64,000 nt of DNA from Lama guanicoe (taxonomy: Eukaryota), in assembly GCA_013239625.1 (NCBI GenBank), contig MU053482.1:2891168-2955167 (forward strand), read 5' to 3'. Both the position numbers and the translations under genes were made by a program. This document shows, piece by piece, positions 50,861 to 64,000 of this stretch. Position 1 is the first letter of the stretch, and every line of letters begins with the position of its first letter. The notes below the pieces were generated by a model that saw nothing but the letters and a program-made list of their open reading frames with translations, did no database searches and was not told where the DNA came from.

Positions 50861-53596
50861 CCCCATGCCTGGGTTTTATAATTGTTTTCTGTGGGGGAAG
50901 TTGTCTTTAGAGTCTTAATCTCTCATTTGTGAAAGCAGCAGTCAAACTTACTCATTTTAAACTTTATTTTGCCCTTTGAAATCTGAGGATGTTACCTCAA
51001 CATGTTATATAAAAGAGAAACAGTTACAAACTTTCATTTCAGCCAAAAAAATTGTAAGTTAATTTCAGGTTAAAAATATATAGATATTTTCAAATGCCTA
51101 TGGATGATATCCTAAAATGTTCAGCAAAGCAGTTTGTTACACAAATGACCTATTCTCAGTTTAATTCTTATGAAAAAAAAAAAGTCAACATGGGTTCAAT
51201 TTCATTCTTATTAGAGAAAGTTTACATGGGTTAGTCTACCTGCCATTCTTCTCACTGAATTTATGCCTCAGAGTCAGATTTAGATGGGAGATGTGACTCT
51301 CATATTCTCCCCTTAGGTCTCTGTTCCTATGTGTTTGTGTTCTTTACGTGTGAACATCACATTATGATGATTGTGATTTTAATATTTATAGATCCATTTT
51401 TATACAAAGACACTAAAAGAAAATCAACTACTTTATCTAGTATTCAGCAGAATAAACAGTGATATTATCTCAACACAGGGGTAAAAACTGGATGAGTGTA
51501 CTTACTGAGACAACACAGGCATCCAGGGAGGAAACTTAAGAAACTTTCAGGTGAAATTTTGACATTATTATATTCACATTAGATATAAGGGAGAGTAATT
51601 CTTTAAGAAATGTGGATCCACTGAAAGTTGTTTGTCTGCTTTAAAGATTTTTGTGAAAGAGAATAATAGCATTGTATCTGAGCTTTCAGAGGATTATATT
51701 ATCAATTCGACTTAGAATATCCTAGATGGTCTCAGTGAAAGGTGCCGAGGGCTTGAACAAGGCTGAACAAGGTGGTCAAATTTTCATTTACTCAATTATT
51801 GTACATATTTATTGAGAGTCTACTACATTCTAGAGATTGAAATTCTAATTGTGTTAGAGATTAGGGATATGAAGACTAATACGACATAGACCCTGCTCCC
51901 AAGAATTCTCAGACTAAGTAGAAGGCAACGGACATGTACAAAAAGGTATGTTCTAGTGCATAGAAGCTACCAAAGAAGTGTGTACATGGTTCATTAAGAA
52001 TACAAATGAAGGGATCAGGAAAAGGTTCAACAATTACTTAGAAAGAATCATGAAATAAAAGAGTGCTGAGGACAGTGCCTCGCCCGTAGGAGGCTGTCCG
52101 TAAGCAGCGGTCATGGCTGTCAGCAGCAGCGGTACACAGGCACGGAGGCAGGAAGCAGCCTGGAGCATCTGGTTAGCGGAACAAGACTGCACAAGGTGAG
52201 AGGTGCTCTCATGAAGGACATGTATGCTTTCACCCGTCCAGATGTGAGAGAAGATGCCTGCTTCTCTCCTTTGGTCTCAGTTACAATGGGCTCTAAACTT
52301 CTCCCTCATCTATTTTTCAAAAGGAGTCTGAATAAAAAGGCTAATGTTCAAACAAGAAGCAAGTATATCATTTGCTGCAAAAAGTTTAAAAGTAAAAGCT
52401 CAACCTTGTGACCAGCTTCTCCAGACACTGCTCAAATCAACTGAAATTATTCAAAAGGCTTTTCTTTAAGAGGCTGATTGGAGCAATCAAAAACATAACC
52501 ACCAGTGTGTGTATGTGGGGGATGGGGTCGAGGTGGGGGGTGACAGAAAAATCACTGCTAATGGGTGTGGAGTCTGTTTTTGGGGTGATAAGATGTTCTG
52601 AATTTGTTTGTGGTAACTGCACAACTCTGTGAGTAAATTAAAAACTATTCAATTATATACTTAAAATAGATTGTTAAAAATTATGAAATGAGTTGATAAA
52701 GCTGATCAAGTGACTAATAGAATAAAAAACAAAACAAAATATAACCATACATCAACTTGGTCTCTTCAGAAGCCCTGGTTCTAAATACTGGTTCCTAAAA
52801 ACATTTCCACCTTTCCTTTCAATAGATACCTGACGCCAGTGTATTTCAAAGAGTCTCACTGTTCTGTCAAATATGTTTGACAGGCCAGAACCCATTCATT
52901 GCTGCGTAGGTGAAACAAGGCTGAAAGTGTCAACCTTGCTTTTCCTCTGGTGCCAATGCTTCAAATGCAATCCCAGTGCCATCCAATTCTCAAGTCCAAT
53001 CTTGACCAAGGCCTGAGATGAGGGTAGCATTCACTCCCTGCTCCCACTGGGCTTGACTGGATTACACAACTGGGTTTCTGTCTGGTCTCTTGATTAGCCC
53101 TGATTAGGTCACCCAGGAACACGGAGCCCTTGTTCTCAACCTCAGAGGCTTGCCTGGTCGGGCCCGGACTCTTTCTCTAGGGGTCAGGCTTTACCTCTTA
53201 TACTCTCAGGCACAAGCTATGGTCCTCCCCAAATGGGAAAACTGTCTGCTGGATTTCAGGACCTGCTATCACCTGGAGGTTTCTGAGGTTCTATCCTAGA
53301 TCAAACATTCTTGGAGAAGAAGACCAAGTTTGTTCCTCTTTTTAACAGACGGTAATTTAGAGTGCTGGCCACCTTACTTGGGGGCCAGCTCAATAGTCAG
53401 CTCAACTGTCCTAGTTTCAGAAACCAACTAGTTCTTTCTCTGGTCCAATTCCAGGAAGCTACTGCTGAGATTTCAATAAGTCTTATGTCTGAGTCCATCA
53501 GAGTTGTGACATGAAGGTACGTGGCACAGCACTGCAATGCTCCATAAATGCTAGTTCTTTTCTTTACCTTGTGGTGAGTTGATTCAAGCTTGCTCA

Positions 53597-53788
<192 letters not shown>

Positions 53789-54501
53789 CTAGGGCACAAG
53801 CAGGTTGGAGACATCATTACTTTCAGTCCTGAAAAATTCCTGCTGCTAAGACAAAGCACTTCCTTTTAATGACAGCTAATTCACAAGCAAAGTTACCTGG
53901 ATGACAAATTTGTTCACTAACTGCTCCAGGACAGCTAACTGAATTAATTGTACAAACTTTCCAGTAAAAACTTAGACTCAGATTCGTCTTGGCTATGTAT
54001 TTTCTTTTAAGGAATTAAGAATTGAATCCTTACCCGGCCAGTTTGCTGATGATGGCCTCCTTCTAGGTTAATTAATAAGGCCAGAGGATCAGTTCAAACC
54101 TAATCTACTCTTGGGCAGATGGAGATTAACATTCTACTGTAGTTTATACTTAAAACTTTTCCTTTCTGCTCTGGAGGTGAGTAAAGGAAGGGCTTACAGA
54201 GAACCAGGGAAACGACTGACAAAACACAGGAAGGATGGGCCATGTCCTACACTGCTAGTCATGCTCGCATTTATGCGTCTGTGATGAGGAGCCTTATGCC
54301 CTGAGCCAGAGCTCCGGGCTACGTGGGGCCTAGAAACTCATGGCACAGAGCTTTCTGATGGGCACCAGGTGGTGCTGAACACAGGACTTTCCCTATCCAT
54401 AAACATACTAGTCATTATACAATAGATTCATTCATCTGCAGAACTTTAAAATAACTAAATTAAAATACAAACATAAATTAAATATCTGAAAACATGTTTT
54501 A

Positions 54502-54612
<111 letters not shown>

Positions 54613-56581
54613 CTAAGAGATAGGAAAGGAGGCCACAATTAGACAAAGTGCTTTCTGAGCACCAAGAACAGACAGACTTGTTATCAACCTTAGATAAATA
54701 AGTTAGGAATAAAATCTTTGGACAAAAGAACCACATAGGTTTTAAATACTTAAAGTTTTTTGTCAAAATCAGATTAAACAATGACACATTTTAAAAGTAG
54801 ACATATTTTAAAACAATGTGTTTACGTGACACATAATGAAATAAACTGACCTTACTTACATGATGCTCCTCAGAGTAGAAAAGAGACTGAGGTTCTAAGT
54901 GGCCCTCACAACAGCTACTAGATTTAAATTTTGTTCTTCTGAGATGTAGTAAGTTCTATTTCAGATGGCTGCACAACTTCTTGAATATACCAAAAAGTAC
55001 TGAATCATTCATTTTAAAAGTATTTGTCTGTACTGTATATTAAATGGGAAGAAAACTTACATTTGTGCTCAGCTTTTTAAGCTAAGCCAATTGACTCGAA
55101 GTCCCTAATGAACAATTAGGGTGTGAGCAGAGGATATATAGGTTTCAAAACTAAATATGTAACATTCTGGTTTTTAAAAAAATTTAAGCATTACTTGACA
55201 TAATTTTTAGAATGAATCCAACTCTGAACTAAAACAAAACACCCCACCCTCATATTTTAAACAGAGCGAGGCTATTTTAAATGCAGTAACAAGGCACATG
55301 TCCTCTCCAGCAATGGGACGCTCCTCACTCACTGTTCCTGTAACACAGCTATTACCAGGCCTGAATTCTCTTGGGCTTAGCATTTGTTCTACATTAACTT
55401 TTAAATTGCCAATATCCCAAGTGGGCAACGTTTTCCATTGTTTTCAGTCACTAACTTCTGACATGGATCCACTTTGAAGTGAGGAGCAGAAAACAGAATA
55501 CCAGAAACACAGATGGATAGGTTGGGTGGTGGGAACACCTTGGGACTGGGGCTCACAGCTTAAGGACAGAAGGGAATATTGATCAGCTCCTTCCATGGTA
55601 CTCAAAGTATCCTGAATTGCCTTAACAGTAATTAACATAGCTTGATACTGATTTAGAGCTAACTGTATATGTGGATGTTTTCTTAGAGAATAGTCACTGC
55701 CCTGGGTACTCACATCATTTCCTGGCTTTTTTATTTTTTTTCCTTTTAGTCCAATATACTGTGGGAAGCAACTCTCTGTCCTCCACAAGAGAGGCAGGAG
55801 GTTTGGAGGTAGAGGGGCAGAAAACCCCTGCAGGGGAGAGGGAATAATGGGCACAGCCTCAGAGGCCTAAAGACAAGGCTGAAGGCTGTATTACAGAGAG
55901 GCAGTTGGCCAAATGTGTGCAACAGTGTCTAAAACATGCGTGTCATAAATACCTTTCTTTCTGTGGTCTGGAAGAAATATGGGTTATGTGTGCTAGCATA
56001 CCTATTTCTCCTTAATTTCTCCATAGGAGTTCAATTAAAAACATTCCAACCTTGACTTAGCTGAAGGAAGGATATGTGGTTTTTCCTAAACCTTAGGTAG
56101 GCTTCAGGGTACGTGGGCTGGTTTGGGGGTGAATCTAAAATCTAGAGACAAGGAACAGGCAGAGACAAATAGAAAACAAGGAAGTAAGAGAAAATGGCTC
56201 CTGGAAAAACCTAGAAATCACATTCTGTCCTGATCCTCACTCTGTTGACAACAGAGCTGAAGGACTATAAGTATGTGCTGATTAAATCTGTTGTATATAA
56301 AAAAGTTCCCATCTAAAAATAATAATCTCCTCCTTAGTATCCTAAGGAGGAGACTAAGTTTTCAACAGCAGAGAGAGAAAACCTAGGGGTGAAGACTTCT
56401 ATGCCCTCATCTCCTGTATCACATGGTTTCCTAGAACTGAAAGGCCTTTATAGGGAGCACACAATAAGGGGAGAACGTCAGGTAGTGGGGAAACAATATT
56501 TTCTTCCTCAAATATCAATTCTGTATATCCACTTGGGCCTCTCTTTCCTTGAGTTATAAGACAGGCTGCTCCAGACGTTAC

Positions 56582-56758
56582 CTGTGGGAACCACTCGGAG
56601 TCTCCCAGGGCTCTCAGGAAGGTCACTTCTGAGTCAGTAGGGATGGTGCTTGGGACACAAGCCCTCATCAGCTTTTTGAAACTGGCTTTCACTTGTCGGA
56701 TGTCATGAAATTCAACAGGAACAAACTCACAATTTAAAGCAAATTCTAACTTGAAGTT
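56582..56758 (-). CDS. SBF2: SBF2 coding exon, 177 nt, [10 protein letters not shown]...GDSEWFPQ
   Basis: Acceptor ttcatccacag|AAC, donor CAG|gtaacg; 59 codons. Confidence 0.95.
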
Positions 56759-57239
56759 CTGTGGATGAAAATGCAGAAAATTAGGCAGATGAAATGCTGA
56801 AGGTAAAAGAGCAACGTTTTCAACAGGGCAATGCTTAATGATACACAGCTAGCTGAGGCCAAGGAGCTGCTGGGGTTGCAATGGGTCAAGAAAATCAACT
56901 TTGTGTGGCCAATGTGTCAGTATTGTTAGAGCCATCTGGTAAGGTCTAGTAGTTTGATTTGGCATATGTCATTCTGAACTAGATGAAACCACTAGTAGGC
57001 TGGAACCTGATGGAGCTTATCACTCCAAATGTAAGCCACCTATAAGGCCATGAACCTGCCAGTCTAAAGAGGAACCAATGGCACACAGACAGCATGATTA
57101 ATCCAAAACTGTAAACTAAGTCTCCCCAAGATGTGCATTATAATTACAAGGTAACACACTGTTGAGGTTCTGGAGTTCTACAAATTAAAGTTTACAGACA
57201 CAGATACTTGTTTCTTATTATGCAAGAAAACACAGTCAT

Positions 57240-57998
57240 ATATTTTATTACTTTGGGTGCTATTTTAAAGGGGATTGTTTCTTTACTTTTTTTTTCTGTT
57301 GATTTATTGTTAGTGTAAAGAAATGCAACTGATTTTTGAACGTTAATTTTGTAACCTGCTACCTTGCTGAATTCTTCAATCAGCTCTAGTAGCTTTTGTG
57401 TGGTGTGGTTAGGGTTTTCTATATATAGTAACATATTCATAGCAGCACTATTTACAATAGCCAAAACATGGAAACAGCCTAAATGTCCATCAACAGGTGA
57501 CTGGATAAAGAAGATGTAGTATATTTATACAATGGAATACTACTCAGCCATAAAAACCGACAACATAATGCCATTTGCAGCAACATGGATGCTCCTAGAG
57601 AATGTCATTCTAAGTGAAGTAAGCCAGAAAGAGAAAGAAAAATACCATATGAGATCGCTCATATGTGGAATCTAAAAAACAAAAACAAACAAACACACAA
57701 AAACAAAGCATAAATACAGGACAGAAATAGACTCATGGACAGAGAATACAGACTTGTGGTTACCAGGGGGGTAGAGGGTGGGAAGGGATAGACTGGGATT
57801 TCAAAATTGTAGAATAGATAAACAAGATTACACTGTATAGCACAGGGAAATATACACAAAATGTTATGATAAATCACAGAGAAAAAAATGTGACAATGAG
57901 TGTGTATATGTCCATGAATGACTGAAAAATTGTGCTGAACACTGGAATTTGACACAACATTGTAAAATGATTATAAATCAATAAAAAATGTTAAAAAA
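57240..57998 (+). mobile_element. Young 5'-inverted (twin-primed) L1 with a perfect 16-bp TSD
   Basis: 57240-~57432 is antisense ORF2 ([25 protein letters not shown]); ~57433-57998 is a sense 3' end with AATAAA and A tail; TSD aagaaaacacagtcat at 57224-57239 and 57999-58014. Confidence 0.95.
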
Positions 57999-60716
57999 AA
58001 GAAAACACAGTCATTGTAAAAATGAAAAAAAAGTAGTGATAAACATTGAGAAGGAAGTAAAAATCACTATATTACTGCCCTAACACTACTAATATTGTAG
58101 TTGTTCTTTTAAAGCCAGTAATAAAAAATCATATACAGTAAAATGTAAAAGCCTTTGTTGATTTCTAGCTTTTGGGCAATATGTTTTCACTCAATATGAT
58201 ACATGTTATCAATCTGTATTCGAGTACTTTTATCATTTATATTTTTAATCCATATGGAATTTTTTCTATGTGAGCTTGCATCTGTAAGAATGCTACACTG
58301 ATGGCTCATTGGACATTTTATTTTGATAATCTAGTTGCCTACTTCTAAAGAAGATTTAAAAGTTCTCTAACTTCTTATGCCAAAAAATGAATCAATTTTC
58401 TCATATTCTTTTCACTTTCTTCACATTCTGCCCAAATTCCTCTACTGGGCCATCTGCTTTTCTGAGAGTAAAACTGCTTTTTGGAGACTTCCTGTACAAC
58501 AATGTGAATATACTTAGCACTACTGAACTGTACAAGTTAAGATGGTAAAATTTATGTTTATTTGTATTTTACTGTGATTAAAAAAAACTGCTGCCAAAGA
58601 CTTGTATTTAGGGTCCATTTAATGTTTTATATTGATTACACTTTTTAAAAGGCCCAGAAAAGTTTTAAAATAAAAATTACAGCAAAACTCACAAGGTTTT
58701 TTTTTTTTTTAAAGCATTTCCAATATATATTAAGAAAAAAAGTTTCTTTGTCTTAGTAATTCCACTTTTAGGAAGGTACCCTAAGGAAATAATCTAAAAT
58801 GTAGACCAAAAAACAAACCCTCGTGGATTTCATCTCAATTAAAAAAATAATTTAAAAAACTATATGCTTGAACATGTGACTACAATTTTGCATACAAAAG
58901 ATAAAGAAAATGAAACATCCAACAATATGGAAAGTTATATAGTTATTAAAGTAATTATGAAGTCTATTAAACAACATGGAAACATGGCTTGAGATAGAGA
59001 ACTTAGCACTATGAGAACATGAGTTCTTTTCTATTAGCTTTAAAAAAAAAACTTATAATAGGTAAAAGTTAGTTTACTTTTCAGGGAAACTAGGTTCCTT
59101 TCCACATCTTAATTGTACTTAGCTAGGTGAACCTACCTTATAAACCAGGAGTTATCAACCATAGTGCTGAGACACAGTTAGGTAACAAGGAATTTGTTAC
59201 TAAGTATAAGGTATTAAAGTATGTGAATTTAGAAAGGTAAATAAGACCAATTCCACATTATTTAGAACAAGTCACTCTCACTTACTTGCTTTCCCATGTT
59301 TCCTTTGTTGGGGAAAAAGGTGTGGAGCTGCAACTGAGCAGCACTGTGCTGGCTAGAATGTGGCACATATCAGACAGCTACGGACCCACACTCCTCAGAC
59401 ACAGGTGAGTTAACAGAAAGTATAACTTGAATGGAAGATAAAAAATCTTAATAACTACTGTGCCAGGATGATGAAATTTTGTTTTTTAAATACATTATTA
59501 TTGATGAAAGAAAAAAGAAAAAGAGAAAGAAGTGAGGGAGGGTCCCAAGTGGTCAGTCTTTCTTACTCACAGACTCATGATCACACAGCTTATCTCAGGA
59601 CTGATGGGCAAAGGGGACGGCAGAAGTGAGCATTCAGGAGGCAAATCTCGGGGAGTGATTCAGAGCTTGGACACGTGGGGTGCTGAAGTGTGAAAAGTCT
59701 GTGCTCTGGGAAAGACACTGGTGCCAAGGAGGCTGTGCAGGCAACCCTGCACTGTTGTTAAAAAATGTCCTATTTCCTGGACATAAAATTATCTGCTGTA
59801 TCAGAAGACACGTATGCACATTTGAAAACTGAGCGTTACCCAGCAGTTCCGTTCCCTCTACCCTAGAGGTTGGTGACTAAATGACAGCAGCAGTCCAGGC
59901 GGTGGGAGAAGAGCTAGCAGATCAGCCTGCCACAGAAGAGCCCACTCAGTCACTGGCATCTCGAAGACCAAGTGTGTGGGCTCCTGCTCACCGCTTCCAC
60001 TCCTGAAGGTCTGTCTAGATTGTGCAGTGCTCACTGCAGCACTGAACTAAACTTTAGGGGATTTCTGAATTAACAAATACTTTTATTTCCCACACACTTG
60101 TCAGTAGTAATGAAATTTATTTTGTAATGTGTAACTACTGTAAAAACTAGTTAAACCCCGAGGAATTATTATTGCTTTTGGACATAGAGACTATCTTTAC
60201 AATTCTGGGGACCTCAGCATAGTGAAGCTCTTTAGTATAATAATTTAAAAGTAAGAATAAAGTTGACTAGCAGCTAATATTTAGAATTTTCTGACATGTC
60301 TTAGGACATGTGTCTCAGTATATACAGTCTTGAGGAGTTTAAAAAAATGTAACTTAGGAAATATAGCCTTGGCCCTCCTTTGCCTCCAGATGCAGTGCTA
60401 TACTCTCCTTCCACTCTTCTTCCTTGCTGTAGCTTTATCAATAGGTTTACACGAACAAAACCATCTGTTTTGCGATTGGCACAGATTCCTATGGAAGCTG
60501 AACTAAGACAGTAGAAAGGCACAGCACGAATAAGTCTCGTTTCTTTTTTTTTTTATGAATACTTCCTAATATTCCTGATGTTCATGCTGATTTTCTAAAT
60601 GATTATGAGTAACTTCTTATTTTCATGGCTAATAAATATGCAGGTGTATATGTATATCTCTCTCTCTACATAAGTGGATGTAGACATACATATATACATA
60701 GATACATGAGCTACTT

Positions 60717-60834
60717 TTTTTTTACATTTTTTATTGATTCATAATCATTTTACAGTGTTGTGTCAAGTTCCAGTGTTCAGCACAATTTTTCAGTCATTCA
60801 TGGACATATACACACTCATTGTCACATTTTTTTC
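60717..60834 (-). mobile_element. Very short L1 3' end (~120 bp) with TSD
   Basis: Near-identical to 57881-57995 in reverse; TSD catgagctactt at 60705-60716 and 60835-60846. Confidence 0.9.
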
Positions 60835-60937
60835 CATGAGCTACTTTTTTTTGAGATTGGTTATTAACTCCAGGTTAAGAATCCATGCTACAAAACCCCC
60901 AAATTTCTAGGAATGCTGGTTTATGAAATAAGTTTTA

Positions 60938-61288
<351 letters not shown>

Positions 61289-64000
61289 TCATCTACGTAA
61301 TCACGGATCATATGGCCATTTGTCACTTTCGCACCATGTAAGCATTATTCATTATAGCAATTCAACAATCATTTGGCTCAGAGGGACCTAAGAAATCACC
61401 CAAGTCAATTCTATTTTTGTATACTGATGTAAACTCAGTATTTATAAGTAAATACTGAGATCATAAATAGAAAGAGTGCACTGACATTAGGAAAAAAAAA
61501 ATGTGGGCAGGAGGCAATAATGAAGCCGAGGAAGGAGACCATGGATTACATTTCTCGGGGCTTCAAGAAAGAAGTAAGGAACATTCTTCTGCTTTAGTCA
61601 GTCAATTCAACAAGAAATCTAGATTAAGAAAAAAATTAGAACTTTACTAAACCCACTAACATCTGAGGCTAGATTTAGAATTAGTATTTGTGTATCTTGC
61701 CAAAGTGATATAATTTTAAACCAGTAAAGATTATATTGTTGTCTTTTCCCCCTACTGTCCAGGGAAAATAGTGAGAAATTATAAATTTAGTAATGTGCAT
61801 TTCATTGAATCTTAAGAGGCTTTATTTAAAAGTTACAGTCAGAAGCAGATGCCTTTTAAGGGAAAGGCCAACAAACTAAGCTACTGGAAGAATCATGTAA
61901 GCTGAGCTTAATTATATTAATTAGAAAAACCAAGGATTTCTATATACAGGTGAGACTATCAAATATTAAATATCCAAACACAAAGGCATTTATTAGATCC
62001 CAAATTGGACTGATCCTGTAGCACCTTCAAAACAAAAGAGCCCTTTGCCCTTTATAAACTCTCATTAACTGTGGTGTTCAGGCCGGTGGTGGGGTCCCAG
62101 GGTACAGAACACTGCCACTGCTTTTCCTTAAAGTGGGTTCTCTAGATTTGGAAAGGCTCTTTGAGAAGCTTTAATCTTTGCTAAATGTTAAATCAAGCCA
62201 TGTTTCTAGGTGACCAGAAGTCACCATGATAATGTCACATCTGCTTCTCTCTTTACAAGCATCTACAGATAGGGTCAGGAGACCAGTTCTCAAGAAAAGG
62301 TTTTACAGGTAATTTTTGCTTAACATGGATTAATCTTTCTATTATAACCTATGAGTCTTCTTAGATATTATGGCAAGTTTTAATTTTTTTTGTAAATGGA
62401 ATCACAGAGAAAATCCAGAATGTGGATGAGAATAAAGAATATAATTTGACAAACAAATGTGAAAAAGTCATTTGTAACACATATGCTTTCATATGAAGAT
62501 GGTTAAAAAGAGTGACACATCAGGACAGATAATACAGTACCTTGATTATGGACTCTTCCCTTAGCTGAAGATTTGGGGTTTGACTGAGTAAAACATTTAT
62601 CTCTGTACTCATGCACTGGTAAGTAAGATTAAAGACAGAAGGAGGAATGAAATGTATATAGCAGCAAACATCAGAACAAATTGAGTAAGAGAAGAATAGG
62701 TTAATTTTTAAAATTAAGTTAACAATAGGGGAAAAGGTAAATAAAAGCAGATTTGGTTAACAAATAAAAAGCTGCACAATCATACACACAAAAAATGAAC
62801 TAAGTGCCTCTTAAATGAAACTTCAGCACTTGTTTATAAATATCAGCACAATGAAATGGACAGCACAGCAGAGAGTGCCACTAAAAAATTATACCAAATG
62901 GAATAAGCTTTTGAAGGTTCTCCTCTACTAAGAAACAAATTTTTATAATCAAATTGAGGAATCTGGGGAGGGAGTAAATGTTAGGAATACATTGGCCCTA
63001 GTATTTGAGGAGGCTGATTGGCAAATGCTACGTGTAGTACAACACGTTTGTTCTTTGAGTAAGGTCAAGAATCAGGAATGAAGCTCCAACAACCATTTGG
63101 AATAACTAAGGGCATGTTTTTGCAGTAGAGCATTAAGCATTGCCACACTCTTCTTTTTTCTCTTTTCATTTGGAAATTCCATTTATTTTCCATAAGCAGA
63201 TAGTTACGAGCAACAAAAATTTATGACCCTGTGACAATACCCAATGCCACTAAAAATACAGCTTGTGATGATCGACATAATGACTTCTCCTCAAATCCCT
63301 ACTTGCACCAAAATGATAGGCAGTATCAAAGATAATACTTTTGTAATTTGAGTAATATTGTTTTTTCTGACAGAAAGAAAGTGCTTCGTGACTATGGCAA
63401 ACTTCACTTGGTAGTAACAAAAATGGCGAACAGTAAGTTACAGTTATATTCTTTCCCAAGCAAAAGAACTGCTTTTAAGTCACTTGGGGAAAACGATTCT
63501 GTATTTATTTGGGATTGAAAGTGTTAACAGCCTTAATATTGAGCTATATATTTCAAAACTGCATACAATATGATATAATTGACAAAAGAAAAGAAAAATC
63601 ATCAGAAGTGATTATTCATTTCTGCCTCACTCCTTAGAAAGCAGAAAATGAAGGGCATCGATGGCCTTAGTGGCCAAAGAAAGTCAGAAAGCAAGGGAAA
63701 TCAGAGGTGCTGGCCGGTTGTATATGGAGAGCTACTGCAAGACACAGCAAAGACCTGGGACGGCATGAGAGAGGCACAAGGCCTCCTGTGTGCTAGCTGA
63801 CGGCTCTCCTTTGTGCCAAGGTTTTGAGCTTTCCTATTGGAATATGAGACACTAAATGCTTATAGTGAAGCCTGAGTGGTTGGTTCCTGATTCTGAGATA
63901 CTGTTCCCCAAACATATCACTTTCTGATGCTAATTCCTCAGCCTGGAATGACCTCTCCCGTTTCTTTACTTGACAAAGTCCTTATTCCCCAAGATCCAGG

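Noticed and set aside
59270..59410. Consensus donor sites on both strands (gtaagt on -, gtgagt on +), suggesting a cryptic exon
   Set aside because: No convincing paired acceptor; the flanking SBF2 exons already join in frame
63260..63375. Possible C/D box snoRNA (GTGATGA ... CTGA)
   Set aside because: Antisense to the host gene, with a weak terminal stem and no recognisable guide; likely chance

Overview
This window is mammalian genomic DNA, probably camelid (alpaca, llama or camel), inferred from the tRNA-derived SINEs and young L1 3' ends. The right 60% holds the 3' part of SBF2 (MTMR13, a myotubularin-related pseudophosphatase) on the minus strand. I resolved 12 coding exons with GT-AG boundaries and consistent phases (61176 down to the TGA stop at 27126-27128; 1757 nt). 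They encode the C-terminal dead phosphatase domain, coiled coil and PH domain, followed by a ~1.7 kb 3' UTR ending near 25450. The left 25 kb is GC-rich and non-coding. It contains: (1) an L1 5' end split by nested LTR insertions, including an internally deleted ERV1 provirus with two LTRs, a tRNA-His PBS, a PPT and a GTCC TSD; (2) an orphan CpG island near 8.1-8.6 kb; (3) an AP-1/CTCF motif cluster; (4) an ancient ERVL remnant; (5) a MER33 > MER21-like LTR > L1 nest with a 26-bp TSD. I see no evidence for a new gene system. The least-explained observation is a non-canonical 3' tail shared by two independent L1 copies. Repeat family names come from memory of consensus sequences, not a database search, and boundaries without a TSD are approximate.
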